Below, one piece after another: positions 11,555 through 23,749 of a stretch of 64,000 nucleotides of DNA (its first letter is position 1; every line of letters begins with the position of its first letter). The notes below the pieces were generated by a model. It was not told the origin of the DNA. It ran no database searches and saw only the letters and a program-made list of their open reading frames with translations. This DNA comes from Scenedesmus sp. PABB004 (Eukaryota): NCBI GenBank assembly GCA_014905635.1, contig JABVCE010000002.1, positions 1,674,001-1,738,000 on the forward strand. Direction: 5' to 3'. Position numbers and translations under genes: made by a program.

Positions 11555-13414
11555 TCAGGCGGCGGCGGGCTTGGGCTTGATGGTGAGGCAGTTGATGCCG
11601 AGGTGGTCGCAGATCTGGGAGATGACGCGGAGCACGTAGTGCAGGTACCCTACGAGCAGCGCGCCCAGCACGCACAGCGTGACGGTCATCGGGTCGGCGA
11701 GGCGCAGCACGCTGTTGAGCGCGCCGACCGCGAGCGACGCGATGGCCCACAGCGGCGGCGCGAACGGCTCCTTGCACATGTGGGCCATGATCAGCTGGCT
11801 CGCAAACAGCGCGTACGCGAGGCCGAAGCTCGCGTTGGCTGCGCGGCAGAGGTAGGGCGTGTCGCACGGCCGCCACAGCCACACGCAGCCGAGCGTAAGC
11901 AGCGTCGCAATGACCACAAAGTGCGCCGCCGCGCTGCCCTTGGCCAGCTGCTTGTGCCCGCGCTCCTGCGCGCGGCACGGCGGCGGCGGCGGGTGGGTGG
12001 AGCGCGGGCGCGCGGCGAGGGCGGCGCGGCGGGGGCGGCCCGCGGGCGGCGGCGGCGCTGGCCGGCGGCGGCGGGCGTGGGCGCCGCGCCTTTGCGGGCA
12101 GGGTGCTGGGGTCGAACGCGACGACGCGGCGGATGTTGGTGGTGGCCTGGTAGCTACCGACGGTGATCATGAGGATGATGATCGCGTCGTTCATGTCTGC
12201 AGGGACAGAGCGCCGCGGCGCGGCGGGGCGGCGAGGCGGGGCGCGTCGCGCGGTCAAGACCGCCTGCGGTCAGCCCGCGCCGCGCGCCCGTGCCGCGCCG
12301 CGCCGCTCACTCCAGCCGTCGAAGAGGGGCAGGGGGACGTAGTCGGTGACGGGGCTGCGCCAGAAGGCCGGGCCCAGCGCAAAGGTGAGCAGGTGCACCG
12401 ACGCGAGCGTGTAGTTGCACTCGAGCACGCCGTAGTAGGAGTTGCCGTAGAGCATGAGGCTCGTGTGGTACTCCTCCCACTGCGCGAGGATCCACGTGAA
12501 CATCACCTGCGCCCGCGACGCGGCGACGGGGCCTGAGCAGCCGGCGGCCGGGCGGCCGGGCGCCGGGCGCGGCGCAGCGCGCCGCCAGGCGCGGCGTGGC
12601 GGGCGGCCGGGCGCCGGGCGCCGGGCGCGCGCACGGCGCGCGCGCGCACCCCGAGGTTGCCCAGCGCGTGGGCCCAGCTGCAGCCGATGCTGAGGCTGCA
12701 CGCGATGTTGGCGAGCAGCAGGTTGACGCTCAGCGCGTCGCAGCCGTGGTCAAACAGCTGCCCCAGCGGCGACGACGTGCCCGTGCGGCGCGCCTGCTTG
12801 CCGTCTATGCAGTCAAGGATGGTGTAGAAGACAACCGCGCCAGCGCTAAACAGGTACGTCCAGCGCGGCGCGTCGCCTGCGCGCGGCGCGGCGGCGGCGG
12901 CGCGGCGGCGCGGCGGCGCGGGGGCGGCGTCTCCGACCGCGCACCGCCGCCGGTGCTGGTGCGCTGGCTGCGGTGGCTGCGGTTGCTGCAGTGGCTGCGC
13001 TGGCTGCGCTGGCTGCGCTGGCTGCGCTGGCTGCGCTGGCTGCAGTGGCTGCGCTGGCTGCCGTTGCCGCCGCCGCTGCTGCGCCCGGCGGCGCACCCTC
13101 AAAGTCTGGCGTGTACGACATCGACACCAGGTACGCGGCGACGAGGGCCATCGTGCCCGTCAGCGTGATCAGGTTGGGCGCCAGCCACAGCGGCGTCCTG
13201 TCCGTCACCCCTGGCAACGCGCGGCGCGCGGCGTGGGCGGGGCGCGCGGCCGGCGTCGGCCGCCGCTGCTGCCGCCGCGCCCGCCGCCGCCGCCGTGGGC
13301 CTCACAGGCAAGGAAGGGCGCGTGCAGGTTGTCTAGCATGGTGTAGCCGCTGCTCTTGTACTGGTAGGCCTTGAGGCCGTCCAGCGCGCGCTTGGTGAGG
13401 TACCCGCCCGCCAT
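11555..13414 (-). CDS. AAPT1: Choline/ethanolamine (aminoalcohol) phosphotransferase, CDP-alcohol phosphotransferase family
   Basis: Exons 13414-13306, 13210-13097, 12876-12650, 12506-12311, 12196-12090, 11965-11555. Motifs YQYKSSG, PLWLAPNLITL, LDCIDGKQARRTGTSSPLGQLFDHGCD, QWEEYHT, QICDHLGINCL. Confidence 0.93.
12958..13060. repeat. 9-bp tandem repeat (gctggctgc-type) in an AAPT intron
   Basis: About 11 imperfect copies inside intron 12877-13096. Confidence 0.8.
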
Positions 13415-13881
13415 CTCGCCGCCTCCTGCGCGCAACAACGGCGCTGCCGCAGCCGCAGGCGCTGGCAACGAGCGCAGTGGCCTCTGATGGTTGACTGAGG
13501 CGGCGCGTGCGATCAGCCGGCGTCCCAGCGCGCGGGAGGGACCTCTGCGGTGGGCGTTGGTGGGCGGCTCGTGCGAGCGAGAACGGGGCGCCGTTCAGTT
13601 GCACGGGCAGCGTGACGGGTGTGATGCACTGCGCAGCAACGTCACGCGCAGCGCAGCAACGCAGCGCGGTTCGGCGGCGACGCGCGTCACGACGGCGGCG
13701 CTGCGGTGTGCGGTGTCCACCGCCTGCTCACCCTCGCCGCACCCGCTCCTGCAGCAGCACCACACGCTCCCCCGCGCCGGCCAGGAGCGGACCCGCGCCG
13801 ATCGACTCGCGCGCGAGCTCGAACGCTCGGCGCGCAGCAGCGGCGCCCGCGCATGTCGCGCGGCGGCGGCCGGCGGCGGCG

Positions 13882-15731
13882 ATGAAGTTCCGCGCCACGC
13901 TCACGCTGCAGGGCTGCCACTCGCTGTGCCGCGGTGAGCGCCCGGCGCCGCTGCGCGCGGGCGCGGGCGGGCGGGCGCGGCGCGCCGACGCGCCGGCGCC
14001 GCGCGGCCGCGCGCCGCCGCTGCCGCAGCCTTCCTGCCGACGCTGGACAAGTTTGGCAAGAGCGCGCACGTGCTGATCGGGCCGGAGGAGGTGCACTTTG
14101 TGCAGACGCCGCTCGAGGCGGACGGCGCGAGCGTGACCGTGCGCTTCGCCGTGGTGCGGCCGCACGCGCGGCGGCAGCGGGCACACATGCGCGTGGAGCC
14201 GCCCGCCGCAGCCGGCGGCGCGGCGCCGCACGCACGCCCTGCGCGCCACGCCGCACACCGCTCGCAGGACAAGCTGTTTGTGCGCGAGGCGTTCAAGGTC
14301 TCCAGCCGGCACTTCAACCTCATCGCGTTTGCGGTGGACGTGGGCCTGCTGCTCAAGGCGCTGCGCAGCGCGCTCGCCAACGACGCCGACAGCGTGGACG
14401 TGCGGCTCACGCAAAAGGCGGTGCAGCTGCCCGGCAGCAGCGACACCGAGAACCGGCCCTTCCTCTGCTTCACGGCGCGCGTGAGCCGCCGCGCCGCCGC
14501 GCCGGCGCCTGCCTGCACTGCGCCCTGGCACCCGCGCGCCCGCGCGCACCCGCGCGCCTGCCGCCGCGCCGTCGCCGCGCCGCCGCAGGGCGCCGCGCTG
14601 AGCCTGCTGCAGGACATGCCGGTCGGCAAGCCGTGCACGGCGTCCGAGATCGACGCCCTGGTGGCGGCCAAGGACGTGAGCGCGCTGAGCCCCTTCTACC
14701 TAGACCTTGCCTCCGCGGGCGCCCGCCTGCCCGCGGTCGTCGACAAGCTGCGCGCGCTCAGCGCTGTCATGCAGGCGGCGGTCTGCAAGGCACGGCGCGG
14801 CGCGGCGCCTGCGGCCCGCCCGGCCCTGCGGCGCCGCGCGCCCGCGCGGCCGCGCGCCCACTCGCCGCGCCGCGGCGCGCCCGGCCTTGCGCAGAGCGGC
14901 GACTTCCATGCGCAGGTCGCTGAGGGCGTCATGCTGGGCGCCGCGTTCAGCGGCCTGGCCGTGTACCCCGCAGGCGCGGCGCGCGCGGCGCCCCGCAGAG
15001 CAGCGCGCACGTGCGGCCCCGGGCCCGCGCTCACAGCTGCGCGGCCGCCGCCGCGGCCGCCGCCGCCGGCGCAGATGCCCGGAGCGAGCCGGACAACGCG
15101 GACGGGTGCGGCAGCACAACGGGTGGCAGGCGCAGGCCCGCTGGCCCACTCGCGGGCGGGGGAGGGCGGGGTGCTGCGGCGCCGACACGCGCCCGCCCGG
15201 CGCCGTCGTCGCAGGCAGCTGACGGCCGAGCAGAAGCTGCAGGCGGCGCTGGACGCGGGCGACGCCATGGCCGTGGTGCGCGGGCGGCGCGGGCGCGGGG
15301 CGGCGGGGCGGCCTGCACCTCGGCCCCGCGCTCGCCGCTGAGAGCGCCCGCGCCGCGCGGCGCGCGTCGTCGCGCGCAGCACGTGCAGGTGAAGCACCTG
15401 CTGAAGGTGCTCAACGTCAGCCACCTCTCGCAGCCGGCGCAGGTGCTGTTCGGTGAGCGGCGCGCGCCCGCGGCCGCGCGCACATCAGCCTGTGCCTGGC
15501 CTCGTCGGGCGGCGGCGCTGCCGCGGCGCGCCAGCGCGCGCCGTTGCTGCGGCGGCCGCGGGCTGGCTCGGGCGCGCACGCGCCCGCGCCCGCGGCGGCG
15601 CGCGCGCAGGCATCGCTGAGGGGTGTGGCCACGTGCACGTGATGTACGTCTACCGCGACCCCTCGGGCGACGCCGCGTACGACGACTCGCTCAGCCTCGC
15701 GTTCAAGCTGCCCGTGCGCGAGGAGGACTGA
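13882..15731 (+). CDS. HUS1: Checkpoint clamp (9-1-1) subunit HUS1
   Basis: Nine exons: 13882-13933, 14029-14153, 14268-14480, 14589-14789, 14895-14973, 15075-15105, 15215-15275, 15380-15452, 15610-15731. Plant-HUS1-like motifs MKFRATL, FLPTLDKFGK, SSRHFNLIAFAVDVGLLLKALRS, PFLCFTARG, LLQDMPVGKP, VQVKHLLKVL, FKLPV. Confidence 0.85.
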
Positions 15732-15986
15732 GTGACGGCGGCGGCGGCGGCAGCGGCGCAGGGCTGCGCGGCGGCGGGCGAGGGCTGAGCGGGGGCGGCG
15801 CGGCGCGCGGGCGGGGCGTCGGCGGGCGCGGCCGGCTGTCGCCCTCTGTGACGAGCTGGCCGCGCGCGGGGAGGGGGCGGACGGCAACCGAGGGTCGTGC
15901 GTTACAGACACACAGAGGCACCCAGCACCATCCCAGGCCGTCCGCGGCGCTTGCACAGCGCGCGCGCGTCTGCGCTCGGGTCACGC

Positions 15987-16862
15987 TCAAAACCCCGTCG
16001 CCAGCTTGCGCAGGCGCTGCAGCTTGCTTGGCCGCGCGGGCGCGGCGTCGAAGCGCCGCTGCCCCGCCGCCGGCTGCTGCGCCTGCTGCTGCGCCTGCTG
16101 CTGCGCCTGCTGCTGCGGCGGCGACGTGTGGGCCGCCTGGATGGCGTCCAGCAGCGCGTTGGCGCGCCGGCTGAGCCGCTTGCGCACGTCGCGCAGCTCG
16201 ACCGCGGCGCCGACGCTCACGGCGTCCAGGTTGAACAGGATTTTCATCACGCTCTCGCTCAGCTCCAGGAAGCGCTTCTGGCTGAGCGCCGCGCCGCCCG
16301 CCTCGGCGCGCGCCGCCGCAAACGCGGCCTCGACGCCGGCGAGCTGCGCCGCCGCGCTGCCGAGCTGCCGGAGCGCGCCGCGGTGCCGCGCGAGCCTGCT
16401 GCAGCGCCACGCGGCCTGGATGGCCGTCGCCGCCTGCGCCGGCGTCAGCGCGGGCCGCTGCTGCTGCTGGCGCGGGTGCGCCTGGCGCCGCGCCGCAGGC
16501 TGGTGCTGCTGCTGCGGCCGCGGCGCAGGCTGCTGACGCGGCGCAGGACCGGCCTGCGCCGGTTCAGGCTCCTGCTGCGGCCGCGGCGTGGGCTGCTGCT
16601 GCTGTTGCTGCCGGTGCCGCTGCGGCGCCGCCGCCTGCCCGCCCGCGTGCTGGCCGCGGGCGTGCCGCGACGGTCGCGCGCGGGACCAGGCGTCGATGTC
16701 CATGTCCATGGGCTCCGGCCGGGGGCGAGGCGCTGCAGCAGCGCGGCAGCAGCGTCCGGTGCCTGCGCTCTGCGGCCAGCCAAACGTGTCGCAAGAGGGT
16801 CCGCCGAAGAAGCCAGGTGTTCCCCAGGGGTCGGCGGCGAAGGCGCTTGGGAAGGCAAACAT
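15987..16862 (-). CDS. IQ-motif plus BAG-domain Hsp70 co-chaperone (BAG5/BAG6-like)
   Basis: Single exon. IQ motif AATAIQAAWR is followed by BAG-like helices LSESVMKILFNLDAV..ELRDVRKRLSRRANALLDAI. TGTAA at 15902-15906 (minus). Confidence 0.8.
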   Translation of the reverse strand: MFAFPSAFAADPWGTPGFFGGPSCDTFGWPQSAGTGRCCRAAAAPRPRPEPMDMDIDAWSRARPSRHARGQHAGGQAAAPQRHRQQQQQQPTPRPQQEPEPAQAGPAPRQQPAPRPQQQHQPAARRQAHPRQQQQRPALTPAQAATAIQAAWRCSRLARHRGALRQLGSAAAQLAGVEAAFAAARAEAGGAALSQKRFLELSESVMKILFNLDAVSVGAAVELRDVRKRLSRRANALLDAIQAAHTSPPQQQAQQQAQQQAQQPAAGQRRFDAAPARPSKLQRLRKLATGF

Positions 16863-16977
16863 CGCGGCTCAAGGGACGCGGAAGCAAAGGGTCGTGTGTC
16901 GGCTGGGCGCGTCGTCGTTGTGAGGGCTGGTGATGGGCGGCTGCATCGGAGGGACGGGCCTCTTGTAGGCGGCGCGG

Positions 16978-17022
16978 AGAAGCTGGAGGAGGCGTCGGGA
17001 GTCGTCGCGAGTCTTCGCGAAT
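16978..17022. promoter_or_regulatory. Putative heat-shock element in the BAG/DnaJ bidirectional promoter
   Basis: Triplets phased every 5 bp from 16979: GAA, TGG, GAG, GTC, GAG, GTC, GAG, TTC, GAA. A perfect TTCnnGAA core sits at 17014-17021. Confidence 0.55.
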
Positions 17023-17273
17023 GGCCATGATTCGACGCCCTCCCCCGCCGCGCCTACAAGGCCGGCCCGCCCCGGGCCCGGACCACTCTCTTCCGTATCG
17101 CAACCACGACTTTGTGCGCTCCCTGACGACACACGCCGAGCCCTCTCACCCGCAGCAGCGCAGTAGCCAGCTCGAGCTCGCCCAGACCTCTCACGCGCTG
17201 CCCTTGAGCTCGCGGTGCCCCGTGAGCAGCACATCAGAGCAAGCAGGAGCACACAGCAGCAGCAGCAGCAGCG

Positions 17274-18062
17274 ATGGGGGCCGACTACTACGCCTTCCTA
17301 GGCGTCCCGCGCGACGCGTCGGCGGAGGCCATCAAGAAGGCCTACCGCGCCGCCGCGCGCAAGTGGCACCCAGACAAGAACCCCAACCAGAAGGACGCCG
17401 CGGAGGCCAAGTTCAAGCAGCTGGCGGAGGCCTTTGAGGTCCTGTCCGACCCGGAGAAGCGGCAAATCTACGACGCCGTGGGAGAGGAGGGGCTGAAGGC
17501 CGGCGTGCCCCCGCCCGGCGCCGGGGGCGGCGGCGGCGCGGGCGGCGCGCCGGGCGGCTTCAGCTACGGCGGCGTCGACAGCGAGGCCGCGCGCCACATC
17601 TTCGAGAGCCTCTTTGGCGGCGGCGCCGGCGGCGGCGGCGCCTTCAGCGGCGGCCGCCCCGGCGCCGGTTTTGGCGGCCGCCCCGGCGGCGGGGGCTTCC
17701 AGTTCTTCTCGGCCGGCGGCGACAGCGACGAGGACATGTGGGACACCGGCTCCACGTCGTCGGCGCACCCCTTTGGCGGCTTTGCGTCGGCGGCGCGCAA
17801 GCGCCCCGGCAGCGCGGCCGCGAGCCCCCGCGCCGCGCAGCAGCCGCGGCAGCAGGAGGTGGAGCTCCTGCTCAGCCTGGACGAGCTGGCGCGGGGCGTC
17901 ACCAAGAAGCTCAAGATCACGCGCCGCACCTTTGACGCGGCCGGCCGGCCCGCGCAGCCCCCCGCGCAGGAGGTGTTGGAGGTCGCCGTGCGCCCCGGCT
18001 GGAAGGAGGGTGAGTGCCCGCGCTCCTTGCGCCGCCGCTGGCGCCTGCAGCAGCCCGCGCGC

Positions 18063-18098
<36 letters not shown>

Positions 18099-18562
18099 GC
18101 CAGCCCGACCCCGCCGCGCCGCGCCCCTGCCGACTGACCGCCCCGCTGCGCCCCGCCCCGCGCCCCGCAGGCACGCGCATCACCTTCCACGGCAAGGGCG
18201 ACATGCTGGCCCCCGGCGGCCCCGCCGCCGACCTGGTGCTGGTGGTCAAGCAGCGGCAGCACCCCACGCTCAGGCGCGAGGGCAACGACCTGCACGCGAC
18301 CGTGCGCCTGCCGCTCGTCACGGCGCTGACCGGCGGCGAGGCCAAGGTGGAGCTGCCGGGCGGCGCGAAGCACACGCTGACGGTCGTGGCGCCCGTGCCG
18401 GCGGCCGGCGGCCGGCAGGTCGTGCGCGGGCTTGGCATGCCGATCAGCAAGACCCCCGGCGCGCGGGGCGACCTGGTTGTGCACTACGACGTGCAGATGC
18501 CGCACCTCGACGCGCAGCAGCGCGAGGCGCTGCGCCGCGTGCTGCCGCCCGCGGCGGCGTGA
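17274..18562 (+). CDS. Class II (DNAJB-type) Hsp40 chaperone
   Basis: Exons 17274-18009 and 18171-18562. J domain with WHPDKNP and [15 protein letters not shown], a G/F-rich region, and a C-terminal domain ([35 protein letters not shown]). TGTAA at 18745-18749. Confidence 0.93.
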
Positions 18563-18795
18563 GCGGGGCAGGGGCGGCGGCGGCGGCGCCGAACCGGGCG
18601 CGCGCTCGAGCGAATGTTTTGACCAGAACTGCGCTTTGGGGACTGAACCTAACGCGCGTGGGAGTGCCCCGGCGCATTGCCGGGCGCTGCAGGCAGGCGG
18701 GCATTCCTTGTTGCCGGCGGCTGCCGGCTGCAGTGTCTGGCATCTGTAACGCAACGCAACGCGTGCCGCTGTCCGATGGGCTGCGCCGGAGCTGC

Positions 18796-18905
18796 GCGAT
18801 CGCGCCACGCCGCCGCCGCGCGATCGCGCCCACGCCGCCGCCGCCGCGCGATCGCGCCCACGCCGCCGCCGCCGCGCGATCGTGCCCACGCCGCCGCCGC
18901 CGTCG
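18796..18905. repeat. About 25-28 bp tandem repeat, four copies, between the convergent DnaJ and ankyrin-RING 3' ends
   Basis: gcgatcgcgc(c)cacgccgccgccgc repeated four times with minor variation. Confidence 0.8.
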
Positions 18906-19011
18906 CCGCACGGATGTTGCCGCACGGACGCACACAACGAGGCCTCAACGCGCAAAAACCCACGGCAGGTGGGCGGCCCCGCCGCTGCAACGCACGCACG
19001 CGCGCGGCGGC

Positions 19012-22000
19012 TCACGACAGCACGACAAAGTCGGACAGCGCCGCCGAGCACAGCGGGCACGCCGCTTCGCCGCCGCGCTGCTTCCAGTGCCCCGCGCAGC
19101 GCTGGCACACGCAGCGGCAGCCGCACGGCACGCAGGCCGTGTCGCACCGCGCGGCGCGGCACACGGCGCACGGCTCGCCGCCGGGCGGCGCGCCGCCGGC
19201 CAGGCCCGTGTCGCGCTCGTCGTCCGAGAGCAGCGCGTTGGCCATGGCGTACGCGGGGTGCGCGTGGTCGTCCAGCACGTCCGGCTCGCCGCCGCCGCCG
19301 CCGCCGCCCAGCAGCGGGCCGCCGGGTGCGAGGCTGCCGCTGCCCATGCTGTCGCGCCGCGCGAGCGCCGCGCCGCCGGGGCCCATGCTGGGCGGCGGCG
19401 TGACGAGGTCGAGCGAGAGCCGCCCGCTGCCCACGGGGCTGCGCACCATCGGCTGACCCACAGAGCCAAAGCTGCCCGGCGCAACCAGCCCCGGGCGCGG
19501 CCAGAAGCCCGCCGCGAGCTGCTGCGCCGCCGCCGCCTGCGCGAGCCGCGCCTGCGCCTGCGACGCGGGCGCGAGCCCCAGCTGCGGGTGCAGCATGCCG
19601 CCCGGCGACGTGCCCAGCATGCCGCCGCCGCCGCCGCCGCCGGGCGAGGGGCTGAGCAGGCTGGCCATGCCGCCAAGGCCTCGCTGCAGCTGCCCGCCCT
19701 GACGCTGCGACGCAAACAGCTGCTGCTGCTGCAGCAGCTGCAGCTGGCTCAGCGCCTGCTGCTGCCCTGCCGCCAGCAGCGACGGCGCGCTGCTCACGGG
19801 CGCGCCACCGCCGCCGCCCTGCGCCAGCAGCTGCAGCGGCGACGCCAGCAGCTGCTCCTGCTGCAGCTGCCGCGCGGCCGCGTGCTGCTGGTGCTGCTGG
19901 TGCTGCTGCTGCGTGTGGAGCGCGCGCAGCTGCTGCTGCAGGAACGCGGTGGTGCTGCCGGGCGGCTGCAGGCCGCCGTGCTGCGCCGCCGCCGCCGCCG
20001 CTGCCGCCTGCAGCTGTGCCTGCGCGAGCGCCTGCTGTTGCGCCGCGGTTGGCGACGTCTGCGCCAGCAGGCCCAGGCCCAGCACGCCCTGCTCCGGCGC
20101 GTCGGCATCCCACGACACCGCCGTGGCGTCCCGCTGCTGCTGCTCCAGCTCTTCGAGCCGCCGCCGCTGCTGCTGCTGCGCCTCGGCCAGCCGCTGCTGC
20201 CGCTCCGCCTCGGCCGCGCGCGCCTCCGCCGCGGCCTCCTCCAGCAGGCCCGCCAGCAGCTCCTCCGCGGCGCCCACCAGCTCCTCCTCCAGCAGGCAGC
20301 GGCAGCTCTTGCACGCGCCCAGCGCGGCCTCCAGCTCGGCGCAGCTCCGCGGCTCGGCCGCGAGCGCCGCCTGCAGCGCGGCGCGCGCGGGGCCGACCGC
20401 CTGCAGGCGCTGCAGCACCTTGCGGCCATACTTGACGCTGATGCCACTCTCCGCGCAGCGCGACAGCATGCCAGACACCCTGCGCGCCGCGCGCGGGCAG
20501 AGGACAGCAGCGTGGGCGTGGGCGCGCGAGCCGCGCGCAGCAGCCGTGGCCGCCCTGCATGCCGCCGCGCAGCGCCGCGCCGCGCCGCGCCGCACCGCTC
20601 GAGGAGCACGGGCTGCGCCGCGGGGTCCCTGCAGCGCGCCGCCTGCTCCAGCAGGGCCTCCCACTCGCGCCGCAGCGCCTCCAGCTCGGCGGCGGCGGGG
20701 TCGGGCGGCGGCGCGGGCGCCGCGTCGTCGCCCTGCGTGGAGCCCGCGTGCGAGTCGGCGTCGCCGCCGCCGCTGCCAGGCGACGCCGCGGGCGCCTGCT
20801 TGGGCTGCTTGCGCGGCTGCTGCTTCGCCTCGGTCGAGGCCTTGGCGCCGTCGTCGTGCTCCCCGCCGCCGTGCGCCTCCTGGCTGGGCCACGCCGCCGC
20901 CGTGGCGGCGCTGTCGTGCGACGGGCTCGCCGGCTGCTGCGGCTGCTGCTGCGGCTGCTGCTGCTGGCGGCGCTGCCGGCCGCCCGCGCCGGCGCGGTGC
21001 GCCTGCGCCGCCTCCTGCGCAGCGGGGGCGGGGTCCGGGGCGGGCTCCTGCTGCGGCTGCTCCGCCGTGTCCGAGGCGGCGTCGTGCGCGGCCGACTTGG
21101 ACTTGCCTGCGCACACGAGGGGTGGCGGAGCGGCGGCGGCACGCGGGCGGCGTCGGCGCGCGCCCCGTCGCGCACCTGCGCGCATGCGCGCGCACGACCG
21201 CCCCTTGCCCCCTGCCTCCCTCCCGCGCCCCGCCGTTGTGGCCGCGCCGGCGCACCCTTCTTCTTCTTCTTGCCCCCCTTGGCCTCCTTGGCGCTGCGCG
21301 CCGCCTCCTCCTTCTCCAGCTCCTCCAGCAGCTCCGCCGCCGCGCGCGCCGCCTCCTGCTCCTTGGCCTGCAGCTGCTCCGCGTCGAGGTCGAGGCACCC
21401 AGGGCGGCACTTGCTCTGCTTCACCTGCGCACGCGGCGGCGGGACCGCGGGACCGCGTCGGACGCCGCGCCCTGCCGCCGCCGCGCGCTGCGCCCGCCGC
21501 CCCCCGTTGCGCCGCCCTGCTGCACCCCCCCAATCCCCAGCCAGGGCTGGGCGTGCCTTGCGCTTCTCCTGCATCTTCACGCGCAGCTGCAGCTTCTTCA
21601 GCGCGTCCACCGCCGACTGGCGGCCGCTGCCCTCGGCGAGCTCGAGCGGCGTGTTGCCGTCGTGGTCGACGTGCGCCACGTCGGCGCCGCGCGCGGCGAG
21701 CAGGTAGATGCAGTCGGTGCTGCCGTACATCGCCGCGTAGCTCAGCGCGGTGCGCCCCGCGCGGTCCGCCGTGTCCACCGCCGCGCCGCCCTCGACCAGC
21801 GCCTCCGCGGCGCTCGACCTGCGCGCGCATGGCGCGCACGCGCGTCAGCGGCGGCGCGCCGGCGCGGCCCCCGGCCCCGGGCTGCCGCGGCCGCGTCGCG
21901 GGCGCCGCCCGCGGCGCAGCCGCGCCCGCCGCGCGGGCGCGCTGGCGCGCGGGCGCTGCCTGGCGCGCGCGCTCGCCTGTCGGAGAAGACTGCGACCATG

Positions 22001-23167
22001 AGCGCGGTGTAGCCGTTGTCGTCGGTGGCCTCCGGGTCGGCGCCGCAGTCGACGAGCGCCTTGACCGCGGCGGTGTGGCCGTTGTTGGCCGCGTGCATGA
22101 GCGGCCGGCCCCGCCGGATGCTGTCCGTCTCCTCCATGTCGGCGTCCCACTCCGCGAGCAGCCGGATGACCTCGGGCTGCCCCACCTGCGCGGCGCCGGG
22201 CCCGGGGGTGTGTGCCTGTGCAGCCACGCCGCGCCCCGGCCTGCCGCGCCGCGCCGCAGCTGCCGTGCCGCGCCGCGCCGCAGCACCCGTGCCGCGCCGC
22301 GCCGCACCTGCGCCGCGCTGATGATGAGGTACGTCGCGATCTCGGTGGCGGTGCCGCCCTCCAGCACGCCCTCGCTCTCCGCCTCCTCAACCTGCGCGCG
22401 CGCCGCGGCCGCGGCCGTCAGGGCCAGCACGCGCCGCCGCCCCCGGCGCTGCCCCGGCGCTGCGCGGGCACCGCCGCCGCCGGCGCTGCTGCGGGCTGCT
22501 GCGCGCTGGCTGGCTGGCGCCGCCCCGCGCGCCGCGGCACGGCGCGCACCTCCAGGAACGAGTCGCGCAGGTGGCCGACGTCGCCGCTCTCAACGCAGGC
22601 CATCATCTCCTCCGCGCGCGCGCGGTGCTCGTCCGTGACCCGCACCTCCAGGTCGGGCGAGTCATCGTAGACGTTGGCCAGCGCGTACGTGATCTGCACC
22701 AGCTTGTTCCTGCGCGCGCGCGCGCCCGGCCGGCGGCGCGGCGCCGTTGCAGCGCGCTGCCGCCGCGGCGCCCGGCGCCCGGCCCGCCGCCGCGCCTGCC
22801 GCCGCGCCTGCCGCCGCCCCTGGCGCGCCCCCTGCCCGGGCCGCGCCCGCCCGCGGCGGCGGAGCTGCCGCGCCGTCGCCGGCGCACGCGCCGCGCGCCG
22901 CGCGCGCCGGCGCCGCCGCTGCTGCCGCCGCCGGCGGCGCCCCGGGCGCCCCGGCGCGCCGCGGCGCGCGCCGCCCCGGCGGCGGCGCGCTCACTCGACG
23001 TCCTCCCTGATGGGGCCCGCGCGGCGCATGCAGCGGGCGCAGGTGCACACGCCCTCGCCGAAGCCGGAGTAGCCCGACTTCATGCGCGACAGGTTGCTCG
23101 CGTCGCTCACTGCCTCCGCACACGCGGCCAGAGTGGCGGCCTTGGCCAGGGGCGAAATCCTGGGCAT
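19012..23167 (-). CDS. Ankyrin-repeat protein with coiled coil, Q-rich region and C-terminal RING finger (probable E3 ligase)
   Basis: Exons 23167-22995, 22709-22550, 22391-22308, 22185-21977, 21818-21557, 21424-21256, 21106-20596, 20479-19012. Ankyrin motifs GRPLMHAANNGHTAAVKALVDCGAD, GYTALMVA, GRTALSYAAMYG, GNTPLELA. RING: CAVC..CVPCGCRCVCQRC..CPLC. Confidence 0.82.
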
Positions 23168-23749
23168 CCTGCGCGCGCGGTCAAGGCGGGGGGGCGATGG
23201 GCGCGCGCCCATCGCGCCCCACGCGCCGCCCGCGCCGCGCCCGCGCCCGTGCGCCACCCTCGCGGGACGGCAAGCTGCCACCACGCTCCTCGCAAGGCCC
23301 CAGCCCGCCCAGCGTTCGGGGGCGCTGCCGGCGCAGCCCGCCAAGCGCCCGCCACGCCGCACCTGGCGCCCACGCGCCCTCCGGCCCCGCCGAGCGCCGC
23401 GACACGATCAGGGCTGCCCCAGGGCGCCGGCTGCTGCTCTGCTGCGCGCGCGTGGGGAAAAGGAGCGCGCACTTGAACACACGGCCGCCTGCGCGCCTGG
23501 GCGAGCGACGAGCGGCGACAGCGCGGCGATCGATCTGCGCGGGCGAGCGGGCGCGCGCCGGCGGGCCCTGTGCCCGCCGCGACCGCCCTGCTGCCGCCTC
23601 GTCTGTCGCTGTTCTGCGTGCGGCGCCCCGCGCACCCCACCCGGCCTCTCTCTCTCCGCCCCCACCAGCTCGCTACGCACACGACCCCTGCCCGCCGCCG
23701 AGCCGCCGCCGCCGCTGCGCCGCCGCCGCCGCTGCCGCTGTCGGCAGCC

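Noticed and set aside
12958..13060. QPAQPA / LRWLRW repeat peptides
   Set aside because: Translations of an intronic 9-bp repeat in AAPT.
17564..22638. Very long ORFs (1404 aa minus, 1674 aa plus) and other Arg/Ala/Pro-rich ORFs throughout the track
   Set aside because: Stop codons are rare at this GC content. These ORFs are shadow frames or intron read-through of the spliced genes.
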